Assembly (NCBI GenBank): GCA_965224715.1
Contig: OZ245054.1
Coordinates: 2,004,334 to 2,068,333, forward strand
Source: Spirochaetota bacterium
GTDB taxonomy: Bacteria; Spirochaetota; UBA12135; COTS27; CAXSBA01
DNA length: 64,000 nucleotides
Reading direction: 5' to 3'
Under the pieces are notes generated by a model. It was not told the origin of the DNA, searched no databases, and saw only the letters and a program-made list of their open reading frames with translations. Positions 20,855 to 30,703 of this stretch are shown piece by piece. Both the position numbers and the translations under genes were made by a program. Numbering within the stretch: the first letter of the stretch is position 1; every line of letters starts with the position of its first letter.

Positions 20855-21877
20855 TTAAAACTTATAATAAATGGATAAAGTATAAAAAAGACCATTCTTA
20901 TAATTGGCATCAATAAGGAAATCCATATTGATCTTTTTAAATCCTAGCCCCAGACCTAATAGTCCAGAAAAATAAAATTTAGGTCGGTAAAGTACGTCAC
21001 TGCTTTTGGATTCGTCAGCTGTAATTAACAAATCTACTCTCATTCCTGGCTGAATGATTCCATAGATATCGAACCCGATATAATTATATTTAATCAACTC
21101 CATGATATTAAGGGATACCTTTGGAGAGAAAAAAAGCGATGCACCAATGTCGTTCAAACCAGTATCTTCTTTTTCACTAATAGGTGACAAATTAAATAAA
21201 TTGAAATAAATCAATGATAAGCCATGATAAGCTCCTATATCAATAGATAAGCCAAATTCTCCTAGACCAACCGCCCGAGCTCCCACAAAACTATGAATAT
21301 AATAATATATATTTTGTATTTGATATGAATAAGCAAATCTAGGTCCTATTTCAACTGTAAAGCGATTATCGCGTTTTACTGACCAACTTTTTGACCATAC
21401 CACATCTCCAACATCAGCATCATGAACTAATATCTTCATATAAATACTGTTTGCCATTGCATAGATATAAATTTCACCATAATGTTTGGAGTTAATTGAT
21501 TCTGCATACCTTTTAAGATCAATATTTTTATTTACTGCCTTTTTGATAACCAGTTCATTATCTACTTCCCCAACTTGTACAACTTGATCTTCCTGGATAG
21601 AGACTAGTTTAAAGGATATGTCATTGTAGAATATCCGATTCATCACCTCTTGAAAATATTTCCTTTCATCCTCAGTAAAACCATAAACACTAAATGAGGT
21701 AATAGCAATATCTGCGGGAATAAGCCCTTGATAAATAGCTTTACGAATATCTTTATTGACCATCTCAGACATTAAATCGAATTCGGCTAAAATACTTTCG
21801 TTTACTTGAGCAATAGTAAAACCTAAACTCAAAAATAAAAGAACTAATACTTTTTTTACTTTAGTTATCATAAACAC
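20855..21877 (-). CDS. Hypothetical secreted protein, probable outer-membrane beta-barrel
   Basis: Signal peptide (VLVLLFLSLGFTIAQV), an aromatic-rich C-terminal half with alternating hydrophobic residues, and a terminal YYKF of the kind seen at OMP C-termini. Confidence 0.4.
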   Translation of the reverse strand: MFMITKVKKVLVLLFLSLGFTIAQVNESILAEFDLMSEMVNKDIRKAIYQGLIPADIAITSFSVYGFTEDERKYFQEVMNRIFYNDISFKLVSIQEDQVVQVGEVDNELVIKKAVNKNIDLKRYAESINSKHYGEIYIYAMANSIYMKILVHDADVGDVVWSKSWSVKRDNRFTVEIGPRFAYSYQIQNIYYYIHSFVGARAVGLGEFGLSIDIGAYHGLSLIYFNLFNLSPISEKEDTGLNDIGASLFFSPKVSLNIMELIKYNYIGFDIYGIIQPGMRVDLLITADESKSSDVLYRPKFYFSGLLGLGLGFKKINMDFLIDANYKNGLFYTLSIYYKF

Positions 21878-21942
21878 TTCATTTTTTTATTTCTTTAATT
21901 ATCGAAAGATTTAATAGAAATTCTTCATTTTTTAAAAAAAAT

Positions 21943-23304
21943 CTATAAATTAATTTTTTTATTGATTGTATTTGCAACTTTTAATGACGATCCAGAAAAT
22001 TTATTAATTAATTTAATACCGTCTTTCAGTTTTACATTCTTTTTTATAAAAAAATCATCTATATCTTGCGATAATTTAGCATAGTCTGTAAAATGAATAT
22101 ATTCTTTAAAAAGATCGACAAAATCTTCAAAATGATAAATAAACTTTCCTAAAAAAATCTTTTTATTGCAATAAACAGCTTCCAATAAATTATGCCCCCC
22201 CACTGGGATAAAAGTTCCTCCCATAATTACAAGGTCTGCTAAAGAATAAATCGAAGACAACTCTCCAAAACTATCCAAAATCAAGTTGGATTGAGTATCA
22301 TTAAGTTCAAAATTTTCTAATTCACTTCTCTTAATATAAGATAATCCTTGCTTTTTTAAAAGATTCTCTAAAAATTTTATGGATTCAACCCTTATCTCAC
22401 GAGGTGCTACTACAACACTGTAATCACCAATTTCAAAGAATTTCTTAACTTTCGGAATTATTTTAATAAATTCTCCCTTGTGAAATGAGGCAAAAACAAT
22501 TATTTTATGATTTTTCTTTTTTTGTATATTAAAAAAATTTTCTAACTCTCTCCATTTTTTATTTTCCTCTTTATCAGTAAATATACTTTTCTTAATCTTA
22601 GCTTTTCTTCCTTTCCTGACTAAATTTGTTGATCTATTGAAAACATCGTACTTGAAATTAGGCCAAACTGAAATATTTTCTTTCAAAGTTCCTAGTTTCA
22701 AAAAATTATTCTGGGCTTTTTCCGAAACACAAAAAATATGAGTAAAACATCGCAAAATTCGAGAAAAGATGAACTTAAACCAAAGGAGATTCCGTGTCTC
22801 CTGAGAAAACAGAACTGCATTAACCAAAAAGATTGGCTTCCTCAACCAATGAGCCATCAAAATCAAACTTGGCCAAATCTCTGTTTCCAAAATGATCAAC
22901 GCCCGAACTTGATAATGGCGATGTATGAACCAAAAAGAAAGAATATTTTCAATCGGAAGGAAAATAGCTCGACATTCTGAAGATAAGAATACTTTTTCTT
23001 CTTCTAAAACAGGAAAGGCATCTCTATTGAAGTAGGTGATAAGAAGGGGGAGTCCGGACTTCTCTCGTAAATATTTAGCAAAAATCTTTCCAGTATTCCA
23101 CTCCCCTGCCGAAGAAATATGAAACCATAAGTATTCCCGTCTGCCAACATTCCTAAGAGGAACATAACCACATTTACTAACAAAATCTAAGAAAGAAATT
23201 CTACCAACAAGAAAAAAACTACAGGACAACAATACTACTAAAAAAAAAATGAAAGGATAGACCATCAAATTGATCAAGAGCAAACTGAATCTTTTAGAAA
23301 CCAT
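21943..23304 (-). CDS. waaA: 3-deoxy-D-manno-octulosonic acid (Kdo) transferase
   Basis: N-terminal TM helix, HISSAGEW-type motif and a C-terminal GGTFIPVGGHNLLEA block characteristic of KdtA/WaaA. Confidence 0.8.
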   Translation of the reverse strand: MVSKRFSLLLINLMVYPFIFFLVVLLSCSFFLVGRISFLDFVSKCGYVPLRNVGRREYLWFHISSAGEWNTGKIFAKYLREKSGLPLLITYFNRDAFPVLEEEKVFLSSECRAIFLPIENILSFWFIHRHYQVRALIILETEIWPSLILMAHWLRKPIFLVNAVLFSQETRNLLWFKFIFSRILRCFTHIFCVSEKAQNNFLKLGTLKENISVWPNFKYDVFNRSTNLVRKGRKAKIKKSIFTDKEENKKWRELENFFNIQKKKNHKIIVFASFHKGEFIKIIPKVKKFFEIGDYSVVVAPREIRVESIKFLENLLKKQGLSYIKRSELENFELNDTQSNLILDSFGELSSIYSLADLVIMGGTFIPVGGHNLLEAVYCNKKIFLGKFIYHFEDFVDLFKEYIHFTDYAKLSQDIDDFFIKKNVKLKDGIKLINKFSGSSLKVANTINKKINL

Positions 23305-23328
23305 AGACTTATAATTACAAAGAAATGT

Positions 23329-24648
23329 TTATTCCTTATCCAATTCTTCTAATTCTCCTAAAATTTTTCCAACTAACCTAAATGATCCAGTAAAGATATG
23401 TAGGACTTGGGGATGTTCTCTCCATTTTATTTCAGCTAGTGACTTAACTGTATTTAGAGTTTTCTTTCGAACCTTATTAATCATTTCCTTCACATCTAAG
23501 ACTTTTCGAAAATCCACATAATGGAGATCACAATCGAAAAAACTCATATCCCATTCAAGAGGTATCTCTCTTACCATACCCCTAGTATCCTTATCATAAA
23601 GACAATAAAAAAATATCTTTATTGTCTTAAAGCCCATAGTCCATGGATCAAGGCGGATGTCAGAAACCAATGCTCTTAAAGAAGAAGGGGTATGAGCTCC
23701 ATCAATAAGAAGATTTTCAATTTTATGATAGCGCCCCGGAATAGGAAGTCTGTTCATCACTTCTCGAACATGCTTTTGGGATAAAGGATACCCCAAAGTA
23801 GTAAGGCAACTAATGGCTAAATTTAAATTACTCAAAGTAGGTTCTGGGATATATTCGGTGGTCTTTTTTAGAATAATATTTTCTTTAAGAAGAGGAGAAA
23901 AATCTTGATGCTTATTACCAAAGAAATAGATAGAAGATCCCTTCTCAAAAGAATGTTTCCGGAGTACTTCAATTACCCCAGGATTGGCATTAATAGTGAA
24001 AACTGGAATTCCATCTTTGATGATTCCTGCTTTTTCTTCAGCAATAAGAGGCAAAGTAGAGCCCAACTTATCCATATGATCATAATCGATTAAGGAAATA
24101 AGACAGGCAATTAGATCAGACGATTCGAGACAGTTAGTGGAGTCCCATCTACCCCCCAGCCCGGTCTCAATAATGGCGATATCAATTTTTGAACGATAAA
24201 AAAATAGAAACGCCACTGCAGTAAAGATATCGAATAGGGTAGGATTGCAGTTATTTATCTCCACTAACTTATCTACTGCCTCCAATACATCCTCCATGAC
24301 CGGGATAATCTCTTCCCAAGTAGTCTTATGCCCTTGAATATAAAAACGATCCCGCTCATCAATGAGATGAGGAGAAACCGTATGTCCGGTATAATAACCC
24401 ATCGCCTCTAAAAGATAAGCCATAAGATGAGTTATTGTTCCTTTTCCTTTGCTGCCTGCAACATGAAAACTACGAAAATATTTTTGAGGATTCCCTAATC
24501 GATTTAAGAGTTTTCGAATATTATTTAGATTGTAATTTTTAAAAATATAGGAGGTATTTCTTCTTTTTTCAAAATCGCAGAAACGATAGAGATGATCTAA
24601 AATTCGAATTCGGTGATTTTTATTAACATCTGAAATAGTAACAGTCAT
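23329..24648 (-). CDS. folC: Folylpolyglutamate synthase/dihydrofolate synthase
   Basis: Mur-ligase family P-loop VAGSKGKGT, the ETGLGGRWDSTN block, and FolC-like length and order. Confidence 0.85.
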   Translation of the reverse strand: MTVTISDVNKNHRIRILDHLYRFCDFEKRRNTSYIFKNYNLNNIRKLLNRLGNPQKYFRSFHVAGSKGKGTITHLMAYLLEAMGYYTGHTVSPHLIDERDRFYIQGHKTTWEEIIPVMEDVLEAVDKLVEINNCNPTLFDIFTAVAFLFFYRSKIDIAIIETGLGGRWDSTNCLESSDLIACLISLIDYDHMDKLGSTLPLIAEEKAGIIKDGIPVFTINANPGVIEVLRKHSFEKGSSIYFFGNKHQDFSPLLKENIILKKTTEYIPEPTLSNLNLAISCLTTLGYPLSQKHVREVMNRLPIPGRYHKIENLLIDGAHTPSSLRALVSDIRLDPWTMGFKTIKIFFYCLYDKDTRGMVREIPLEWDMSFFDCDLHYVDFRKVLDVKEMINKVRKKTLNTVKSLAEIKWREHPQVLHIFTGSFRLVGKILGELEELDKE

Positions 24649-24657
24649 AATTTCAAG

Positions 24658-25392
24658 TTACTTTAAAAAAGAGAAAAGGATAATATTGAAAGCAAAACGA
24701 AAAGCTTGCTGACGAACCGGTTCAGGATTTTTATGCACTTGATAAGGAGCCCAACCATCTCCAATGTCAGTATTTTTGATATACAGTACTGCCATCTTAC
24801 CGTTTATCATCATAGCATATATTTCTGGAGGTCCCCCATCATGCTTGTGAACTTTAGGGACACCTTTGGAAAAACGAAAATGCAATCGAAATAGGGGATG
24901 GTTTTGAGAGAGAGATGTCCACTCAGCATAAGGAAGTACCTTCTTAATCTCCTCTCGAAAACTATGGTCGATACCATAGTCATCATTAACCAAAAGAAAT
25001 CCACCTCTTTCTAAATAGCCTCTAAATTTGTTGATCTCCGATCGACTTAACGAAATATTGCCATGTCCAGTTAGATATAGGAAAGGATAATCATAAATAT
25101 TATAGGCATCGAGTTCCACTTCAACCGGATAAGGATAGGCATTAAGCACTCCCTGATCATTAACAAAGCGCATTAGTTCGATAACACCAACTTTCCCCTC
25201 ATACCAATCTCCACCTCCACCATATTTCACTACTGCAAAGACAAAATCATAGTTTTCTAATACGGACTTTAACTCCTTTTTTTGTACTAACTTTACCTTT
25301 GTTTTATCAGATTGAGGCTGACTATTTTGTGACCTTAAATTAAATGAAAGACAAAAAAACAGTAACAATACTATTAAAAGAATTTTATGCAT
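24658..25392 (-). CDS. DUF4159 domain-containing secreted protein
   Basis: Signal peptide. YPFLYLTGHGNISLSRSEINKFRGYLERGGFLLVNDDYG matches the DUF4159 core pattern. Confidence 0.6.
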   Translation of the reverse strand: MHKILLIVLLLFFCLSFNLRSQNSQPQSDKTKVKLVQKKELKSVLENYDFVFAVVKYGGGGDWYEGKVGVIELMRFVNDQGVLNAYPYPVEVELDAYNIYDYPFLYLTGHGNISLSRSEINKFRGYLERGGFLLVNDDYGIDHSFREEIKKVLPYAEWTSLSQNHPLFRLHFRFSKGVPKVHKHDGGPPEIYAMMINGKMAVLYIKNTDIGDGWAPYQVHKNPEPVRQQAFRFAFNIILFSFLK

Positions 25393-25529
25393 TATTATAA
25401 CTTACCAGCCCCATGACAATCAAAACTTAACATGGTATCTTATTAATTATAACTCAGAAAAAAAGAAAATCTCCTATGATTAGTTTATAAAGATTAATAA
25501 AAAATTAGGATTATGATAGAATTATCTTA

Positions 25530-26627
25530 GTGAAAAAAATTGAAAAAAATTTTTTTTTATTGCGTGATCAAGTCATTCCCTTGGTTAGAAAATGGAGAGA
25601 AGAAGGGCTTATCATCGGATTTACCTCTGGCGCCTTTGATTTACTTCATTATGGCCATGTTGATTATCTTTACAAAGCGTCCCGTTTTTGTGACCGTTTA
25701 GTAGTTGGGGTTAACAGTGACTTGTCAGTACGTGGTTATAAGGGATCCAAACGACCACTAGTGGGAGAAAGGGATCGAGTTCGTATTGTAGCATCTTTAA
25801 AGTCGGTAAGCTGTGTTTTTCTTTTTAATGAACCTAACAATCGAGAGAATGTCATCGCATTAAAACCCAAATATTATTTTAAAGGAGGTGATTATCGGAT
25901 CAAAGACCTATCCTCCGCTCCCTATCTCAAGAAATGGAGTGGTAAAGTAAAAACCATCCCTTTTGTAAAAAATCGTTCCACGAGTGGTTTGGTGGATAAG
26001 ATTTTAGAAAAATACCACGATGAACTTCCTCGAACTTTATCTCTTCCAAAGTTCAAACAGAGGAAAGTCGCTGCCGTATTTCTTGATCGCGATGGAGTCA
26101 TCAATCGGGAAGTGGAATACCTCCATGACCCCAAAGAATTTTCTCTTATCCCGGGAGCCTTAGCTGGATTAAAGCAATTTCAGGAACTTGGCTACCGCTT
26201 GATAGTAGTAACCAATCAGGCCGGCATCGGTTTGGGTTATTTCACCAAGGAAGATTTTTTTAAAGTCAACAAAAAGATGCTCTCCCTATGTAAAAAGCAT
26301 GAGATCGTCATTTCTCGAATCTATTATTGCCCACATTCTTTAGGAGATCGCTGTGCTTGCCGTAAACCTGGCACTCTTCTTTTAGAAAGAGCAACTCATG
26401 AGGTAGGGATTGATCTTTCTCGGAGCATCATGGTTGGAGATAAGACATCAGACATCGCCTGTGGTCAAGCTCTGGGGCTTACCACAATATTGGTTAAAAC
26501 CGGTCACGGAGGAAAGGATGGAATATATCCGATTAGCCCTAATGCAGTGGTAAAAAATTTACGGGAAGCAGCTCGTTGGGGTAAAAAAAATTTGAAAATA
26601 GATCCCCGGTCATTAACAAGAAACTGA
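25530..26627 (+). CDS. Fusion: D-beta-D-heptose 1-phosphate adenylyltransferase (RfaE/HldE domain II) + D,D-heptose 1,7-bisphosphate phosphatase (GmhB)
   Basis: The N-terminal half is cytidylyltransferase-like (GFTSGAFDLLHYGHVDYL). The C-terminal half is HAD-IIIA, with AVFLDRDGVIN, VVTNQAGIG, a CxC zinc site (CPHSLGDRCACRKP) and GDKTSD. GTG start. Confidence 0.8.
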   Translation: MKKIEKNFFLLRDQVIPLVRKWREEGLIIGFTSGAFDLLHYGHVDYLYKASRFCDRLVVGVNSDLSVRGYKGSKRPLVGERDRVRIVASLKSVSCVFLFNEPNNRENVIALKPKYYFKGGDYRIKDLSSAPYLKKWSGKVKTIPFVKNRSTSGLVDKILEKYHDELPRTLSLPKFKQRKVAAVFLDRDGVINREVEYLHDPKEFSLIPGALAGLKQFQELGYRLIVVTNQAGIGLGYFTKEDFFKVNKKMLSLCKKHEIVISRIYYCPHSLGDRCACRKPGTLLLERATHEVGIDLSRSIMVGDKTSDIACGQALGLTTILVKTGHGGKDGIYPISPNAVVKNLREAARWGKKNLKIDPRSLTRN

Positions 26628-26651
26628 AGATATCTCTAATTTTTCAACAAA

Positions 26652-27473
26652 ATGGATAGTTTTAAAAAATCCAAAGATCACAAAAGTCCTAAAAAATTCC
26701 ACCTCAAATTTACCGATGACAGTAATTTAAAAGGTAATCGGAAACTGGACTCCAATTACTATCGTCGCCAAATCGCATCAAAAAAGATCACCTACCTCCA
26801 TGCGTTGATGGAAAATATTGAACAACTTATGATTGTGAGCTCCTTCATTACACCTGAGATCAAACCTGGACTCATTGATCGTTTTCTCATTCTTTGTCAT
26901 CATTTTACTAAAACCCCCATTATTGTTCTCACTAAAAGTGATTTAATTGAAATAAAATTACAACAATACTATGTTGATATCTATCAACATCTTTATCCTA
27001 CCTTTGTTTATTCTACAGTAAAAAGCAGTAAAGACGTTTTAAAGACTATCCGAGCCTATTTACGTGGAAAAGCAACTGCAATTGTTGGTCATTCCGGGGT
27101 AGGGAAAACTTCCCTACTTAATCAGGTGGATCCTTCCTACCAAGGAATGGTGAGTGAAATCTCTCAATTCACCAAAAAGGGACGACATACCACCACTCGG
27201 ATAAAAAAGTATGACTTCCCCAAAAGCCTAGGAGGAGGCATGGTCTTTGATATGCCGGGCCTGAAGGAGATCGACTTTATCGACCTCAATGGCAGACTAT
27301 TAAGGCAATACTATCCGGAATTTACCCAATATATTTCTGACTGCGGTTATAAAGATTGTTCTCATACCCATGAACCGATATGTGGAGTGAAAGAAGCGGT
27401 AAAAACAAAAAATATCCACCCCATCCGTTACCGCAATTATACTACGATTTTGGAAACTCTAAGCGAATTATGA
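26652..27473 (+). CDS. rsgA: Ribosome small-subunit-dependent GTPase A
   Basis: Circularly permuted GTPase (TKSDL before GHSGVGKTSLLN) with a C-terminal zinc cluster CGYKDCSHTHEPICGV. Confidence 0.85.
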   Translation: MDSFKKSKDHKSPKKFHLKFTDDSNLKGNRKLDSNYYRRQIASKKITYLHALMENIEQLMIVSSFITPEIKPGLIDRFLILCHHFTKTPIIVLTKSDLIEIKLQQYYVDIYQHLYPTFVYSTVKSSKDVLKTIRAYLRGKATAIVGHSGVGKTSLLNQVDPSYQGMVSEISQFTKKGRHTTTRIKKYDFPKSLGGGMVFDMPGLKEIDFIDLNGRLLRQYYPEFTQYISDCGYKDCSHTHEPICGVKEAVKTKNIHPIRYRNYTTILETLSEL

Positions 27474-27491
27474 CAGTTATTATAATAAAAA

Positions 27492-28559
27492 TCAAAATCT
27501 TCCCATACGCTCCTGTTGATCTTTCTCTTTAAGTGCATTAAGAATTTCTTCAATCTCTCCCTGCATAAAATTTTCTAATTTATATAAGGTTACTTGAATA
27601 CGATGATCGCTAATCCGAGCCTGAGGATAATTATAAGTACGAATTTTCTCTGAGCGTTCTCCAGTTCCGATTTGACTTCGACGTTTTTGATCTTGTTCAG
27701 TTTTTCGACTAGTAGCGGTCAACTCTAGGAGTTTGGCTCTAAGAATTTTCATGGCTTTGGTTTTGTTTTTAATTTGTGAACGTTCATCCTGGCAAGTTAC
27801 CACCAACTGAGTAGGAAGATGAGTAATGCGAATTGCCGAATCCGTGGTATTAACATGTTGCCCTCCAGCTCCACTAGCACGATAAGTGTCGATCTTTAAA
27901 TCTTTATCCAAAACTTCTATCTCTTCTTCTTCTGCTTCCGGAAAGACTGCTACTGTTACAGTTGAAGTATGGATTCGTCCATTAGTTTCGGTTCGTGGTA
28001 TCCTTTGTACCCGATGAACTCCGGTTTCAAACTTTAAATTTTCAAAAACATTTTTCCCAAACACCGAAAAGATAATCTCCTTATAGCCCTTGAGTTCACT
28101 GGGGGACGAAGAAAGAATTTCTATTCTCCAGCCACTTTTTTCTGCAAAATTGGAATACATTTCAAAAAGATTGGCTGCAAATAAACTAGCTTCTTCCCCT
28201 CCAGTACCAGCCCGAATCTCCATGACTACGTTTTTATAGTCATCTGGGGATCTGGGAATCAAAAGAATTCTGAGCTTTTTTTGGGATGTCTCCAGTTTCT
28301 TCTTCTCTTCCTCTTTCTCTTGTTGGATCAGTTTTAACATCTCTTCATCTTTCTCTTTCTTGCCCATTTCTTTATAGTCATTGAGTTTCTTCTGACTTAT
28401 AGAGATTTCCTCCCCCAAATGATACATCTCTTCATATTGACGGTATTGATTGATGGTTTTTTTGTAATTCTTTGGATTCTTAATCAGTTCTGGATCGGAG
28501 AGTTTGACTTTTAAAATTTCATAGGTTTCTGAAATTTTTTGAATTTGCTTTTCAAGCAT
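27492..28559 (-). CDS. prfA: Peptide chain release factor 1
   Basis: GGQ motif (SGAGGQHVNTTDSA). The RF1-type PxT tripeptide context is RVQRIPRTETNGRIHTST. Confidence 0.9.
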   Translation of the reverse strand: MLEKQIQKISETYEILKVKLSDPELIKNPKNYKKTINQYRQYEEMYHLGEEISISQKKLNDYKEMGKKEKDEEMLKLIQQEKEEEKKKLETSQKKLRILLIPRSPDDYKNVVMEIRAGTGGEEASLFAANLFEMYSNFAEKSGWRIEILSSSPSELKGYKEIIFSVFGKNVFENLKFETGVHRVQRIPRTETNGRIHTSTVTVAVFPEAEEEEIEVLDKDLKIDTYRASGAGGQHVNTTDSAIRITHLPTQLVVTCQDERSQIKNKTKAMKILRAKLLELTATSRKTEQDQKRRSQIGTGERSEKIRTYNYPQARISDHRIQVTLYKLENFMQGEIEEILNALKEKDQQERMGRF

Positions 28560-28573
28560 GATAAGAAGTCAAA

Positions 28574-29812
28574 TTAAATGGCTGGGAAAAAATCTAATTT
28601 CTTTTTAAACCTTAACTGTTTTTCCATGGCATGAACGATTTCTAAAGGTTTACCGATAAGGTTCCTTTTAAAAAGTCCTTTATGATTCTGCAAGGTAACC
28701 TTTTCATGGGGAGGTAGTGAAGAAGTTAGCCAGGAGGCAACTTGATCACTCCAGGACAATGGTATTCCATCACGAACTACCAGTTCAATATCTTGAGGAT
28801 AAGCTTCAATAAGCTGTTGATAAGGGTCTTTGCTCTTTTTCTTCATGATAAGAAAATCAGCTTTCTTTCCTTCATTAATGCTACCTATATCCTTATCAAG
28901 TATAAAAGCTCTGGCTCCATTAATAGTGACCATACGAAAAATTTGTTGTGGATCTAATTTTTCCCCATATAACTCTTTATAAGTTTCTTGAGCAAATCGT
29001 ATTTCTTCCAAAAGATTGATACTACCGGACATAGGAGAGTCAGTGCCTAAGCAAACATTGACACCGGTCAAAAGAAATTCTTTAATTTTGGCAGTTTGAT
29101 TAAACATATAATAATTAGAATTCGGGCACCAAACCATTGAAGCACCCTTACGGGCAATCAATTTGATATCTTCTATTGAACAACTGACACAATGAACCAA
29201 TACGGAATTTTGAAAAATTCCCTTTTTAGCATCAAGGATATCTGTCCCTCGTTTGGATTCACCGTCAAAGCCTTCTTCCAAATGAGTAATAAAGGGTATA
29301 TTGTTCTTCTTAGCTCGGGCAATTTCAACTTCATGACTATCTCCCCATTTAAGTTCGTAGGAAGATATTTCATGAGCCAAACAAAACTGTTCAATAATTC
29401 TAACTAGGGCAGTTGCAATTTCTCCTTGGTGAACAACGTGAGGAATATGATCACAAACAGTGGTTACCCCCGAAAGAATTTGACGATAATAACCGAGTTT
29501 ATAAATTTGACTATTACTAAGAAGGCCACGTTCTTGATAGAGCTCAGCAGCTTTGAGATCATCATCCCAGGGTTTCCAAGAGAGATAAGGGCCTCGACCA
29601 ACTTTGGGAAGATAGTTCCCTAAAAGATGATCATGGGAATTGATCAAACCAGGGTAAATATAGTAATTGGACAAGTTAATAGCAGAAGTAATATTCCCTG
29701 TATATTTAAACCTTCCTGCATTCACTTCTAAATTTGGGAGAAGATCAATCCCGCTAGGATTGATCGCTGTCACATTCTTAAATTGAAAGGAATGGGAAGG
29801 AAAGACAAACAT
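28574..29812 (-). CDS. Amidohydrolase-family metal-dependent hydrolase (chlorohydrolase/deaminase-like)
   Basis: 412 aa with an N-terminal metal motif (INSHDHL), internal H and D ligands (VLVHCV, GTDSPMSG) and a TIM-barrel amidohydrolase layout. The substrate cannot be determined. Confidence 0.6.
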   Translation of the reverse strand: MFVFPSHSFQFKNVTAINPSGIDLLPNLEVNAGRFKYTGNITSAINLSNYYIYPGLINSHDHLLGNYLPKVGRGPYLSWKPWDDDLKAAELYQERGLLSNSQIYKLGYYRQILSGVTTVCDHIPHVVHQGEIATALVRIIEQFCLAHEISSYELKWGDSHEVEIARAKKNNIPFITHLEEGFDGESKRGTDILDAKKGIFQNSVLVHCVSCSIEDIKLIARKGASMVWCPNSNYYMFNQTAKIKEFLLTGVNVCLGTDSPMSGSINLLEEIRFAQETYKELYGEKLDPQQIFRMVTINGARAFILDKDIGSINEGKKADFLIMKKKSKDPYQQLIEAYPQDIELVVRDGIPLSWSDQVASWLTSSLPPHEKVTLQNHKGLFKRNLIGKPLEIVHAMEKQLRFKKKLDFFPAI

Positions 29813-29817
29813 TTTGT

Positions 29818-30693
29818 TTAAGTATCGGATAAAAAGCCCTTTAATATCAAAACTAAATCAGAATTTTTAATTTTCATTATGGCCTTATTATGAATTTGAC
29901 GAACCCTCTCACTGGTCAGTTGCATTTCTTTAGCTATCTTATTATAACGTTTAGGTTTATTTTGGTTTAGTCCATAATATTTCTCTATAATAGTATTTTC
30001 TCTTTCAGTAAGAATTTTTTTAATTTTTTTAAGATTTTCTGTCAATGCTTTTTGGAAGAGATAAAATTCTGGGAGGCTCTGATCATTATATTTATAAATA
30101 AAAAAGTCATCAAATGCTTCTTGATCTAGTTTTAGTTCATGTTCCAAACGATATTGTTGTAAATTTTTGAGTACACGAAACATTTTTGAACTATCCACAC
30201 CTAACTGTTGAGTAAAGGTCCTGAAAGGAGCCTGACCTGGAGAAATGATGGGAACAAAACGACCACCATTATATTGATTGGAATCATTGACTCGAACCAT
30301 CTTACCTCGATGAGCTATGGCGGTAAGGATCTTGTTCTTTATCAAAACAGAAACATAGGTAGAAAATTTAACATTTCTTGTTTCATCAAAGGAATCGATA
30401 GCTTTGATTAAAGCAAAATTTCCCTCTTCGATAAGATCGAAAAGTGACAAATAACGGTTACGATATTTTTTTGCTATTTTCACCACGATAAAGGTACAAC
30501 TCAAGATAAGTTTATCACGAATTACTCTAATTTTTTCTTTAATTTTTTCTTCTTTTTTTTTACTCTTGCATCTAAGGAGTTTTTTTTTGAGTGTAGCAAT
30601 ATCGCGGGCACAGTTGAGTTGTTCTTTTTTACTAAGAATTTTTTTATCACTCAGTTCCTGAAAATAAATTCTTTTAGTATAATGCGAAACCAT
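29818..30693 (-). CDS. Sigma-70 family RNA polymerase sigma factor (group 2/3-like)
   Basis: Region 2 reads LFDLIEEGNFALIKAIDSFDETRNVKFSTYVSVLIKNKI. The region 4 HTH reads IAKEMQLTSERVRQIHNKAIMKIK. Confidence 0.8.
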   Translation of the reverse strand: MVSHYTKRIYFQELSDKKILSKKEQLNCARDIATLKKKLLRCKSKKKEEKIKEKIRVIRDKLILSCTFIVVKIAKKYRNRYLSLFDLIEEGNFALIKAIDSFDETRNVKFSTYVSVLIKNKILTAIAHRGKMVRVNDSNQYNGGRFVPIISPGQAPFRTFTQQLGVDSSKMFRVLKNLQQYRLEHELKLDQEAFDDFFIYKYNDQSLPEFYLFQKALTENLKKIKKILTERENTIIEKYYGLNQNKPKRYNKIAKEMQLTSERVRQIHNKAIMKIKNSDLVLILKGFLSDT

Positions 30694-30703
30694 ATAATGT
30701 TAC

